Part shown: positions 1 through 12,100 of the stretch, piece after piece
Numbering within the stretch: the stretch's first letter is position 1
Layout of the letters: each line of letters opens with the position of its first letter
DNA from: Takakia lepidozioides
Lineage: Eukaryota; Plantae; Bryophyta
Assembly (NCBI GenBank): GCA_030704615.1
Contig: CM060733.1
Location: 28,706,001 to 28,770,000, forward strand
Reading direction: 5' to 3'
Length of the DNA: 64,000 nt
Position numbers and translations under genes: made by a program
Notes under the pieces: generated by a model
Told to the model about the DNA's origin: nothing
Seen by the model: the letters and a program-made list of their open reading frames with translations, nothing else
The model's database searches: none

Positions 1-1
1 C

Positions 2-2250
2 TGTTAGTATACCAAACAGAACCCTCATTTTCAGACTATACCTCTGTAAAGGTATCATCAACATAAGGGACCCTAGCAACCTCAGACTATACCTCTGTTA
101 AGGTATCAACAGTGAAATGACTTGGTGAAATTTAAGGGCATTTGGAGGATTGTTTGAAAGATATTTGAGGGCCCTTGGAGGAGTATTTGGAGGATCTTTG
201 GGGTCCTTGGAGGAGTGTTTAGAGGATCTTTGGGGTCCTTGGAGGACCCTTCGAGGAGCTTTGGTGGACAATGTTGAAGAGCTCTTGAAGGATTGATTGA
301 GGGATATTGAAGGATACTTGCCACGGCCATACAAGCGAGTGGATAGAAACATGAGGGAGAGTGGTGGGATGAGAGCATTTTGGGGTTAGGAATTGATTTA
401 GTTTATCTTCTCCATAGTCTTTCACCCTCTTTGTAGGCCAAAACCTTTCCGTAGGTGGAGGCAAGAGTCAGTCCGGGTTTGGGCTGGGGTGTCCTTGTAG
501 GAGCGACACTGTGGAGTGTTTTTGGTGTGGGGGAGTTGCTGTCTTGATTTTCTTGTGTTTGGATCCCCTCCACACCTGCATGCTTGACTGTGCGCCATGT
601 TAGCTTTGTGTGGGCGCTTGTTTTCATAGGAGGTTGGTCCGGATTTGATCACCAGCCAATCCTAGAGTATGCTGTCGGTGGTGAGGCTGGAGTGTTGACC
701 AGCAAGACCACCAGTGTTTCTTCTATGGTGTGGCTGGGTTGATGACCAGCAGACCATAGGAGTGCTTGCGGTGGATGCAGGTGCAGGTACAGATCTACGT
801 TAGAAACCTATTATTTGTGCTTGAACCAGTAGCCGCAACAGGTTCTTTACCCGGTTACCTTGTAGAAAGTGGGGATTAGAGACAGGTTGACAACCGGTTG
901 GGTTGTGAGTTTTCATCACGGAGGTGCCACCAGCTGCTGAGGGGAGTGCCGGTACAAGCACCAGCGATACTAGTGGGTACACAAGACAAGGTGTGCGGTT
1001 TAGGCCACTTTCACCTTCAGTGTCTTCTGAGGAAGATTCAGACTCGGAGTCAGGAGGATTCTCGCCGAGGGTGCAAGTCATTTCCGTGCCATTGTTGTGG
1101 GACACGATGGAGGAGATGTATGGAGCTACCAAGGGGCCACGTAGGTACTCTGGAGCTGTGGGCACCATCGAGCTTGATGACTTTATACAAGAGTTTGACA
1201 GTTGGTGTGATTTGCAGCAAATGCGCAATCCACAACTGTTTACGCCCTTTATGGCGTGGAAGGGGCTATTCCAGCACCTTGAGGGGCCGCCCATGGATGA
1301 TTACCATGAATTTAGGCGGGGACATGCGGTGGAGATTGAGGAGTGGCGAGAGTATTGGTCACCTAACTATGTCTCAATCACTAGAGGCACAAGGGCAGCG
1401 GTGACACCAGCAGCTACACAAACATCTCCAACTACAAGCACTAGTAGTGGAACAAGTAGTGCCGGCAAGGTGGTACCAGTTCAAAAGGTACTACTACTCC
1501 TCCTGCCACAATTACAACACATGTGCCTAGATTCAGATTCAGCCCGGTGGTGGAGTTCTTCCAGGAGTTGCGGAGGAACTACCAAGGTGTACGGACAGAG
1601 AAGCTGTGAAGTTTGCAAGACTTCCAGCGCAAATCCAGTGAGAGCTTGCGAGAGGCCTAAACTCGTATGAGGCGCTTGATAAGTGTGACCCAAGGGGTTA
1701 CTGAAGCTCAGGCAGTCCAGTTCTGGTATGGAACTTTGGACAAGGAGCTCAAGAGAAGGGTGCGGGATGCAACCCTGTTACAAGCGGCCCAACCCACATT
1801 AGCGGATATGTTTCTGCTGGCTGAGCGGATTGAGCTCAACATGGTGGAGGAGCGAGTTGTTACCATTGGATTTGGCAAGGACATGCCTACACGAGGTGCA
1901 GCTGCCAGCCAACAGGTACAAGGGACTGCCCAACAGCGTGGTTAGGGGGGCAAGGTTGTCCAACCCAAGTTCCATGAAGCTTACATGGGACCTCAGGTGC
2001 AGAGGCCCGTGACATCTTTTGCAGGCCAACAGCAACCGGGGGTGATATGTTGGACATGTGAAGGACCCCATGTCAAGAGAGATTGCCCAGAGAGTGGCAG
2101 AAGGCCGGCACAAGCACAGCCTGCACAGTTGATGGTGTCTCCACGGGTTGACACGAATGGTTACTTCTATTATTATTATTTTCATCTCTTGGATGAAAAC
2201 GATGGATGATGATGAGAGCGAGCAAAATGGGAGCTGCACCTAGATACTTC
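2..2250 (+). mobile_element. Ty3/Gypsy LTR retrotransposon remnant (putative 5' LTR ~2-627 plus frameshifted gag), truncated directly upstream of OSC copy 1
   Basis: Gag-like ORFs 924-1670 (YSGAVGTIELDDFIQEFDSWC) and 1667-1945; CCHC zinc knuckle CWTCEGPHVKRDC at ~2048-2086; TG at 2 and TTTTCA at ~627 are only tentative LTR ends; no pol follows. Confidence 0.75.
140..290 (+). repeat. Short degenerate tandem repeat (~31-32 bp, TTTGGAGGATCTTTGGGGTCCTTGGAGGAG) within the putative LTR
   Basis: Unit seen 3-4 times directly in the sequence. Confidence 0.7.
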
Positions 2251-3165
2251 TTGATCTAAGCCAGTACACTATTTTCCGGCAGAATCAGAGTGGGACTGTT
2301 CCTGGGCTTGTCTGATTGCGTCCTTCTTTTGCTTTACGAGTGATGGCTTGCTGCAGCTTCAGTGCCAGCGTCTCTAGTCACATTATTACACTGGAGCCGT
2401 GATTTTTCTCCCGGGTTTAGGTGGTCATCGTCACTTCCTCGCTTTGTTTTTCGTTAAGTACTCATCAGAATCATGATTATAAAAGACATTTCCAACTTCT
2501 CCGTTGATGATTGCTGACTGCTGCTCCCGGGGTTGTGAGCTAGTTAATTCTTCTCAAACGCCAGTGTTTCTTTGTCAGATTCCTTGGATTGGAGCCGTGT
2601 TTCTCCCCAGGCTCAAGGTGCCGATCTCCACCTCCTTGCTCTCTCTGTTTTGTGCTTCATAGTATTCTGCTACAATGGATTCGTTTCATAACTTTCGTTC
2701 TAAATCTCTGTGTTGATTCGCAGCCTGTTCCCTTTCTGTATTTTGTTGATGATTGCATTCCGGATTGATGTGTGAATGTTGATCGGTCCCTTGTTACTAT
2801 ACTGTCAACCGCTGTCTCGCATATTTATTCTCATCTGTTATTAGCATTTGATCAACTTGTCCACATATGTTTGGCTTCAGTCTGACACGCTTGTCTCTCT
2901 TCCCATCATCGTGTGTGTCTGTTTCCATCAATCCGGTATGTGTCCAAGGTGATACATTGCCATCATTCTACGGATTAGTCCTACCCATTGGTGCAGATTT
3001 TCCTTATAAAAGGATTTGGACAACTTCATTGTGTTATATTGTACTGTATCGCGCTAAACCTGACAGGCCATTGGTTCCAACGGACCGTAAAAAACTGCTC
3101 TCTGACTCTCTGCTTGTCTCGGTCCTTGGCCTTGTGTGTGTCCAGCTACGGAGGCAGCCGGCTAG

Positions 3166-6100
3166 ATGTGGACTCTCAAATCATCCGAGGGCGGGGGTCC
3201 CTGGATGCGCACCATGAATGGATATGTCGGACGACAGACCTGGCATTATGCTGAGGAAGGGGAGTCGCTCGCAGATCATGTAGCAGTAGAAAAGGCGAGG
3301 TCTGTATTCACGGAAAACCGATATGAAAAGCGACATAGTGCAGACAAACTCATGCGCATGCAGGTCAGTTTATAGCGACTTCATCCAGGAATGCCCTTTC
3401 CCCAATGATGCAATCAACTTGGAGAAGAAGATTGTGAGCGCTACAGAAGTATAGCATTTAATTTAGATGGAGTAATGTGATGATGTGCAAGAGCCAAAAT
3501 GGGTCCTTGCCTTTTAATTGTATAGGTCTCTATTGATTGAGGTTTCCTCCCAGGAATGCACCAATGCAGCATTAAAAGCCATCCTTTTGAAACTTCAATG
3601 CGAGTATACCATGCTTCCAGTTCTCCTGTTATCTCATTAAATGCAGGTGACTTAGTCTAAGAATGATACCTTTCACAGCTGTTACATGTGATTGACTGAA
3701 GAGATTGCATTGAACAACCACTGAAGCTCAAGTACATTCAACATTCACACGCTTAAAGATATAGGTAACTGTTACTGTGGCATTGTGTCCGTGTATCGAT
3801 GCTCAGCAGAGTATTTGCAAGACTTAATGTGATAAGACACCAGTCTCTGCTCCGCAATAGAAGATGACCTTCAATTTGTGGAGGAAAATTGGTGTGCTCC
3901 CTCTTGTAGAAAGGGTGGGAGGAATTTTCACAGCATTGGTTGGTATGGTAAAGTGACTTTCTTTTTTCTACCTTTGACATGATTTATTGTTTGAAATGCT
4001 CACGTAGTTTGCGAGGGAGAACCCTCTTGCTCCTCTGCCTACTCAAGTCAAATTGGAGAACAGAAGTGATTTGACTGAAGATGCTGTCACGACAACTCTC
4101 CGCCGGGCTTTGAGATTCTACTCCACCATTCAAGCCCATGATGGGCACTGGCCTGGTGATTATGGAGGCCCTATGTTTCTTATGCCAGGCCTGGTGAGCA
4201 TCCCCACAAGGCCTTGATGTTGAATTGTTATTTTTGGGCTGCTTGTTGAGCACCCCACTTTATTCTGTGTATCCTCGTTTCTCTTCTACCATAATCTCTT
4301 TGAGCTTTCCGTGGATGTTATACAGTTTTTTTTTTTCTCTCTCTCTCTCTCTCTCTCTGCCACAAGGATCTGAATCTAAGCCCGCAAGTCTTGACCCCTG
4401 CTGGATAAATCTGACTTAAGAGGCTGTAGTGTCCAAAGCCATGTCTGTTGCCAGGAAATTGTCTGATGAATTATGAAGTTAGGCAAACTTCCATGAACTT
4501 GTTTCCAGTCTGTGACATGGGAGAGGCCATCTCAAGGGTTTACCCACCCTCGGCACTAGACTGAAATTTAAACTCAGGGCGGGAAGCCTACCTTTGAACA
4601 GCAAACAGATGGAGAGAGGAAAGAGGGATTGCAATTACCCGTTGTGTGGGCAACCTGAAGACTATTCATTTTCTGATTCTTTGTCCTGGGTACTCTCACT
4701 AGAGAGACGCCCTCTTCAAAATCCATCAATTGTGCCTAAACCTCTGCTTAGCAACTTTGAAGTCTTGAGGCTGAGCCAAAGGCCCAGGCCCTTTTGGGGC
4801 CTAGTTATTGGGCAAACCACACACAGCAGATTGATGCTTGTGTGGAGGGATTTCTAGAGGATATCTGGAAAACTCGGATAATTGTCTGTTCCAAGGTAAG
4901 TCATACTACCGGCGTCAGCCCCTGACAAAGGTAGTTTCTGTCCCTTTGTGTTCCGCTCGAACTGAGCGCGGGGTCAATGGCCACAAGGCTATGTTCTTAT
5001 GAGTACATTCTCTGGCACAAGGCTACGGCAAACAATGTCTTATGAGTACATTCTGACACACAACAAACTACCAAGGTAAGTCCCACCTCCTCACAAAGGT
5101 AGTGTCTGTTCCCTTTAGTTCTGCCCAAACTGGGCGGGGGTCTATGGCCACAAGTACTCCACTTGAAGAAGTGAAGGGGAGGTGAAATAGTACTCGACAA
5201 AGTTGTTATCTGCTGTTAAACCAGCACACTAGAATCATGTTTTGCAATCCACAGAACAAGTCCACTCAAGACATGATATTACATGTCTTTTCCTGCAGCC
5301 ATTCAGTCATTAACAGATCTCTCCATCTCATATCTTACTTGCTTACACATCAAAAATCATATGTGGGACATCTTCAAACTCTCTCCTTCACACCTTCATT
5401 CACACAATACTTTGAATTGGTAACAGTCTGAAGCTTAATGTTCTTCATTCAATGAGGAGATACAAAATCAATGTTTCCATAGCAGTGTAACTCTGACACG
5501 CACACAAAAGTGGTTCAAGCAGCCAATCGAAAAGCTTTGGGTCTCACTAAATTTTTCCACTGCAGAGGTATTAGTTCTGAGTTTAAAAGTTCTATGCTTT
5601 GTAATTTTAATAGGCCTACACTGGCGTACGCATCGGCGTGTGGGAAGGCAACTCCAACCATGCTAAATCTTTAGAACCATTCCAATTTCGGTGCTCAAAG
5701 AGAGCATGTCAGCGTGCTCTAGAACAGCTAACGTGGCTGTTCAGGACGAGTTTGGTGTAATGCCCTTGAGCTCTTGATGTGATGAGTTCAGGATCAGATG
5801 GTGGGTCTGTTGAATCGCATGCCTAATCAACTCTATTTCTTGGAAGCAAGACCATCCTGTTAAACGGGCTAAGTCCTGGTGGAAAAGGGTGGAGGAGATT
5901 TTCAAGTTACCTGAAGATTGGGCAGGAAGAACTGACCCTGCTAGATGAAGCTGACTTGGAGGCTGAAGTGTCTCTAAGGTCACGTTGGAAGCACAAAGAG
6001 TGTTTGACAAAACAAAGTTAGGCATCAACCTTCCTTGAATTTGTTTCCAGTCTGTGACATGGGTGAGGACCTTAAGGATTGACCTGAATGGCCTACCTAC

Positions 6101-9100
6101 CCTCGGCACTACACTGAAATTTAAACTCAGGGCAGAAAGTCTACCCTTGAACAATAAACAGATGCAGAGCCGAAGGGGAGGCTGTCAATGCCTGATGCAC
6201 GGGCAGCCTGAAGACAGTATCCATTTTCTGATACAATGTCCAGGGTATTCTCTTCAGAGATCGACCCTCTTCAGGTACATCAAGAACATAGTCCCTGCAC
6301 CCCTGTTCACCAACTTTCAAAATCTTGAGGCTAAGCCTAAAGCCCTGGCCCTGTGAGGTCTAACTGTTGGGCAGATCACACACAGCAGATTGATGCTTGT
6401 GTGAAGGGCTTGCTAGAGTAAATCTGGGAAGCCCATATAGAGTGTTTATATCACGGTGGGTCCCACTACTGGAGTGAGCCCCTCAGTGTCTGTTCCCTTT
6501 TGTTCTGCCCACACTGGGTGCAGGGTCTATGACCACAAGGCTATGGTAAAGAACTTCGTAAATACATACTCTCTCTCTCTCTCTCTCTCAGGGTTCACAA
6601 AATTCCACAATGAGGAGGTCAAGGCTGAGTACGTCCAGGCCTTGCAAGAGGCTCTCCATCATTTTGTCCAATCGCTCCAAGAACTTCAGTCACGCTCTGT
6701 TAACGCAAGAAATGAAGTCGAAAGAGCAGTGGACTCTTGGGAGAGTTTCGTTTCCTCCGTGGCTGACAAGATCATTGGGAGGAAACTAATTGTCTGCGGT
6801 AGACCAGTTAATTGGTGGATTAATGAGATTAAACTCAAGATAGCTGAGAGACGAGCCCTCTATAAAGAGTGCTGCAATTTGGAAACCAACAGAGAATTGT
6901 GGGCGAGGTACTACCAGCTCCGTAAAGATATCAATCAGCTTGTTAGGTCTCAGAAGAAATTATACTGGGACAAGTTATATAGTGAAATAAACTCAAACCA
7001 CCATGGTGGTAATGACAAGAAATTCTGGTTGGCCCTTCAACGTTTGTACAAGCCGAAAAACGGTCAGCAAGTACAAGCGCTGAAGACTACTAAAGGTGCA
7101 GTGGTGACTTCATCGGTTGACATTGTCAAAACCTTTGAAACTCACTACAGTATCCTTGGCAGAACTTCTAGGTCTAACAGTGAGGGGTCTTCTGCTGAAT
7201 GGAGAGACACAGTTGGAAAAACTGTTCCTATGATTCAAAACAGCCCTGATGAACTGGAGTATATTTCAATGGCTTATAATGCTCCCATTAGTTCTTCTGA
7301 GATTGTGGAAGCAATTGAACATTGAAATGGATATAAAGCTGGTGGACCTGATGGTATTGTCAACGAGCCAGAGAAGAACCGGGGAACTACCGTGGCATCA
7401 CGCTCCTCAATGCTGTTGGCAAGACATTCTGCAGAGTTATAAGTACTCGTCTCGAGGTTGATCTGGAGTCTAGAGGTTGTTTCCACGAAGGCCAAGCTGG
7501 CTTTCGGCGAAACAGGGGCTGTGTGGATCATATCTTCACTCTAAGCCAGATTATCCAGGGAAGGAAAAAAAAAGGAAAACCCACTTATGTCTTTTTCCTG
7601 GATGTCAAAAAGGCTTATGACACAGTGTGGAGAGATGGCCTATGGTTCCGCCTCTGGTCTTGTGGGATCAAGGGAAAGATGTGGAGAGTTGTCCACAACT
7701 TGTATGCTCACACCAAAAGCTGTGTCACTGTTAACGGACAGAAGTCCAACTTCTTTGACATAGACCAAGGTGTAGCTCAAGGATGTACTCTCTCCCCTCT
7801 GCTCTTCAATGTTTTCATCAATCAACTCCTCGAGGATGTGGAAAGTGAGGGATTTGGGTTAAGGGTGGGTGATACCACCATACCAGCCCTTATGTTTGCG
7901 GATGACTTCGCAGGCATAGGGGAGACTCCAACCAATCTCCAGGAGTTGATTGATTGCGCGAAGAGATACTTTGATCTTTGGGGGCTAGAGGCTAATGTCA
8001 GCAAATGTGCAGTGGTAGCATTCAACGACAGAGGAGAGGGAGGAAGTGATCTTAAGTGGCAGTGGGGGTAGCCAAGAGATCCCGGTCCTCCCTTCCTACA
8101 CTTACCTGGGCGTTGAGTTCTCCTCCAATTGTAATTGGGATGCACATATCCGGAAAGTTGTTCAAACTGGCAAGGGCAAAGCTCTGGGGCTCACTAAATT
8201 TTTCCACTGCAGAGGGGTCAACTCTGAGGTTAAGAAAACCGTGCTTTGTCGCGTTATTAGACCTGCCTTGGAGTACGGATCTGCTATATGGGTTGATAAC
8301 TCCAACCAGGCTAAGTCTCTAGAATCCATTCAAGTGGGGGTGCTTAAGGAGTGTATGTCAGCATGCTCCAAAACAGCCAATGTGGCTGTTCGGGGTGAGT
8401 TTGGCATTCCGTCCTTAAGCTCCCGACGAGATGAATTCAAGGTCAGATGGTGGGGTCAGCTGCAACATATGCCCCAACACCAGATATCCTAAGTTAATCG
8501 ACTCTATATCTTGGAAACAGGACCGCCCTGTCAAACAGGCTAAGTCCTGGCAGAAGAGAGTAGAAGAGATCCTCAAGGACCTGGACCTGGATCCGCAAGT
8601 CTTGACCCTGCTGGATAAATCTGACTTAGAGGCTGTAGTGTCCTCAGCCATGTCTGTTGCCATGAGATTGTCTGATGAAAATGAAGTTAGGCAGAAAACT
8701 TCCCTGAACCTGTTTCCAGTCTGTGACATGGGGGAGGACATCTTGGATGACCTCAAGGGTCTACCCGCTCTCGGCACTAGACTGAAATTTAAACTCAGGG
8801 CAGGAAGCCTACCTTTGAACAGCAAACAGAAGCAGAGAGGAAAGGGAGAGTGCAATTGCCCGTTGTGTGGGCAATCTGAAGACAGTATTCATTTTCTGAT
8901 ACACTGTCCGGGGTTCTCTCACCAAAGAGACGCTCTCTTCAAATCTATTAAGGGAATTGTGCCTGTACCCCTGTTTACCAACTTTGAAAGTCTCGAGGCT
9001 GAGCCAAAAGCCCAGGCCCTCCTGAGGCCTAGTTTTTGGGCAAATCACACACAGCAGATTGATGCTTGTGTGAAGGGATTTCTAGAGGATATCTGGAAAA

Positions 9101-12100
9101 CCCGGATTAATTCTATATATGGAGGTAAGTCTTACTATCGACGTCAGCCCCTGACAGAGGTAGGTTCTGTCCCTTTTGTTCCCGCTCAAACTGGGCGCGG
9201 GGTCAATGGCCACAAGGCTATGGCAAACAACGTCTTATGGGCTCCCACAACCTACGGATAGAGACTGGCAGATGGGAAAACCTGCAACGGGAAGACCGCC
9301 TATGTCCAGCTTGCACAGGGGAAATTGAAACTGAGGAACACTTCTTCTTCTATTGCCCTCTATACTATGAGATCCGTGGGAGATTCCACTGTCTATTCCG
9401 CGGAACCCAATCTCTCACTGAAGTCTTCCACTATGAGGATCAGAAATGCTTGGCAGCTTACGTGCACGAGGCCCTCACCCTTAGACAATCACTCGAACAA
9501 TAGTTTTTTATTTCTGGCTCTGATTTTGTTTCCTCTCTCATGTTTTCTTCCACTTTGTCCCATAAGATCTACGAGCTTTCCGCGGACTTATAAAGCACCA
9601 TTTCATTTCATTTCATTTCTCGCTCTCTTTGGTAGGGTCAATGGCCACAAGGCTACGGCAAACAACGTCTTATGAGTACATTCTCTCTTTGGTTACTTAA
9701 GCCAAATCTAGGGCTTCATGTGTAGTTTTTGGGGTGAATCCCAGGATGGACGATGTGCTCTTTAAAACTACCTGCTCCAGCGTTTCTGGCTAATGGTCCA
9801 TCTCGAGACTTGATTGAAGGTTTCAATGTCTAAAAATGCTACAAATGGAGTCTCACATCAAAGCAAATTCAAAGAAGTTCGTCCCTTGACTGGCTGGAGA
9901 GCTGTCTTAGACATTGGTGATTCAATGAGGCGCTCTAGGAAGACAACCAAGGGTGGGGACTTCAAGGGTTTGATGCCCTGGATGTGGTCGATACCTAGCA
10001 GCCAGACAGACTAGCTCGCCCTATGTGTGCTGAATCTGAGCGTCGTGTGACTGAAGGATACGGTACTCTGAATGGTTTGCCAACCTTAAAGTTTACATAA
10101 GACCAGCAAAATCTACACAGGGGGTAATTGACCCCCCTTTGCAGATCAGTTGGCCGTCTAGGGGCAATCATAGGCTACCTAGACGGCAAAAAATCCATAT
10201 GCAAAGGGCTGGCTTGTGGCTGGGCACTTTCAACTTCTCGGGGTTGACTAACCAAAGGAAACAATTTGAGGCGGGACAAGTTCTTCAGGCAAATGGTAAC
10301 ATCTGTGCAGGGCAAGAGACATGGGAAACTTTGGACAAATGGAGATGTCAATGGTTATAAGTTGTTTGGTAAGATGTGTGCACTTCAGGCGGCCTCCGCC
10401 AAGCGCGGTCAAAGGTTCCAAAACTGAGACAAATCGAAGTCTTCCACCATAGCCCGGTGTTTTGCCATGTCTTAAAACAAAACAAACATAGTATTCAAAA
10501 TGAAACCACTCAGCTGGCCTGTAAACTGAGATTGATCCAAGTCAAGACGGGTCTTCAGAACCCTCTGGTATCAGTTCCCAAGGGTAGATTACTTCTGTAA
10601 AATACTTCCCTCACAGAAAACATGAGGCTGTCATCCAGTGTTGTACCAGGCAGTGGCTGCCTCATGTGATAGGCGATTTCATCATCTATCTAATGTACTC
10701 TGTAGCAAAACTTACACATATAGCTTAGAGACCCATGGAAGGTGAAGGACCCTCAACTGCGCCCGTCCCGAAAACCACCACATCCAACAGAATGCGTGTT
10801 AGTGAGGATGCGCAAGGTGAGTAGCAGGTCTTCATGCTAGCTATCGCTGTCCAAAATGCAGAACTAAGCAAGTGAAAGATTGCAAGAGTAACAGCAAAGG
10901 TGTGACATTGCACAGAACCTCGAAAGTTTGAGGCAGACAAGTCTGCGATGTTGCGCATATCCATTCACGCAACAACAAGTAATTGCAAAGCACATGTAAG
11001 GGCTAAGTGTAACTTCCTATTAATGTCAACATGGGATTGTCAGGGAAGTGTTTGTGTTGACTTTACTTTGATGAAACCAAATTATCCCCAGAGTCAAGCA
11101 GTTTGCTCAGACATTTACTGGTTTTAAGCAAGCACTGGTTTGCTTAAGTAAAGGCTAAGGCTGACTGGAGGTCACTGACCTACAGTCCACATGCTAAAAA
11201 GCCCAAAATTTCGGATTTCTGGAAATCCCAGTATGACAGTACAGTGAATAGGAATATTGTTCAGTATGAGGTCTGTCACTATGAAGAAAGGTGGTTTTTT
11301 TATGGGTTTCTAACAAACCCCACCATCCACCCCAATCACCCAGAAGTGTGAAACAAGTCAGGAGCAAGTCAGGTTTAGGAGAAGGGTGATGGTGCCTTGC
11401 AATGCAAGGCTGTTTTGTCGGTTTAAAAATAAAAAACCTTTCTAATCTGGTCAAATCCTGACAGATCCTTCCTTTTCTGACAAACACACACACACATCCA
11501 CATGTGTGCAAGTGCACATCCACCATCCTGAATGGCTAAATGGTCTACAGCCGCAGATCTGCGGCAAGGATGTTTGAAGGGGGGAAACACTTCTCTTTGT
11601 TTTGAAATTTGTTTTCCCATCACTTTTTAATCTGGGGGTCTGAAGAGGTCTTTCTCAATCAAGGACTAGCTACAAAGAAACGTATGACATTCTTGCTTTT
11701 CAGCAGAGTTACATTAGCAGGGCATGTGGCATCATTCTTAATGTCCAAATTATAATGAACACACCTGCAACCACAATCATGCACACCAGTGCCATGGCAT
11801 TTTTAAACACTGATAGATGAAACCTGACGACTGGCTCACAGTATGCTGCAGTTGCAATAATTCTATGGCAAGCTATGTTCTGCACTTTATGAGCTGCAAG
11901 TCTTGTCCTCTCCCCTCCTATGCCTTAGCTGAGCTCTTTCCTTGCCTTTTTTGCACCTCTTTTTGGCCTGCTAGCCACATCAGGAGCTCATGTGTTTTGT
12001 GTCAATTTTGTTGGCAGATAATCACTCTGTCTGTGACAAGATCACTAGGTGCTGTGTTATCCCAAGCTCATCAGTACGAGATGCGTCGTTATCTCTACAA

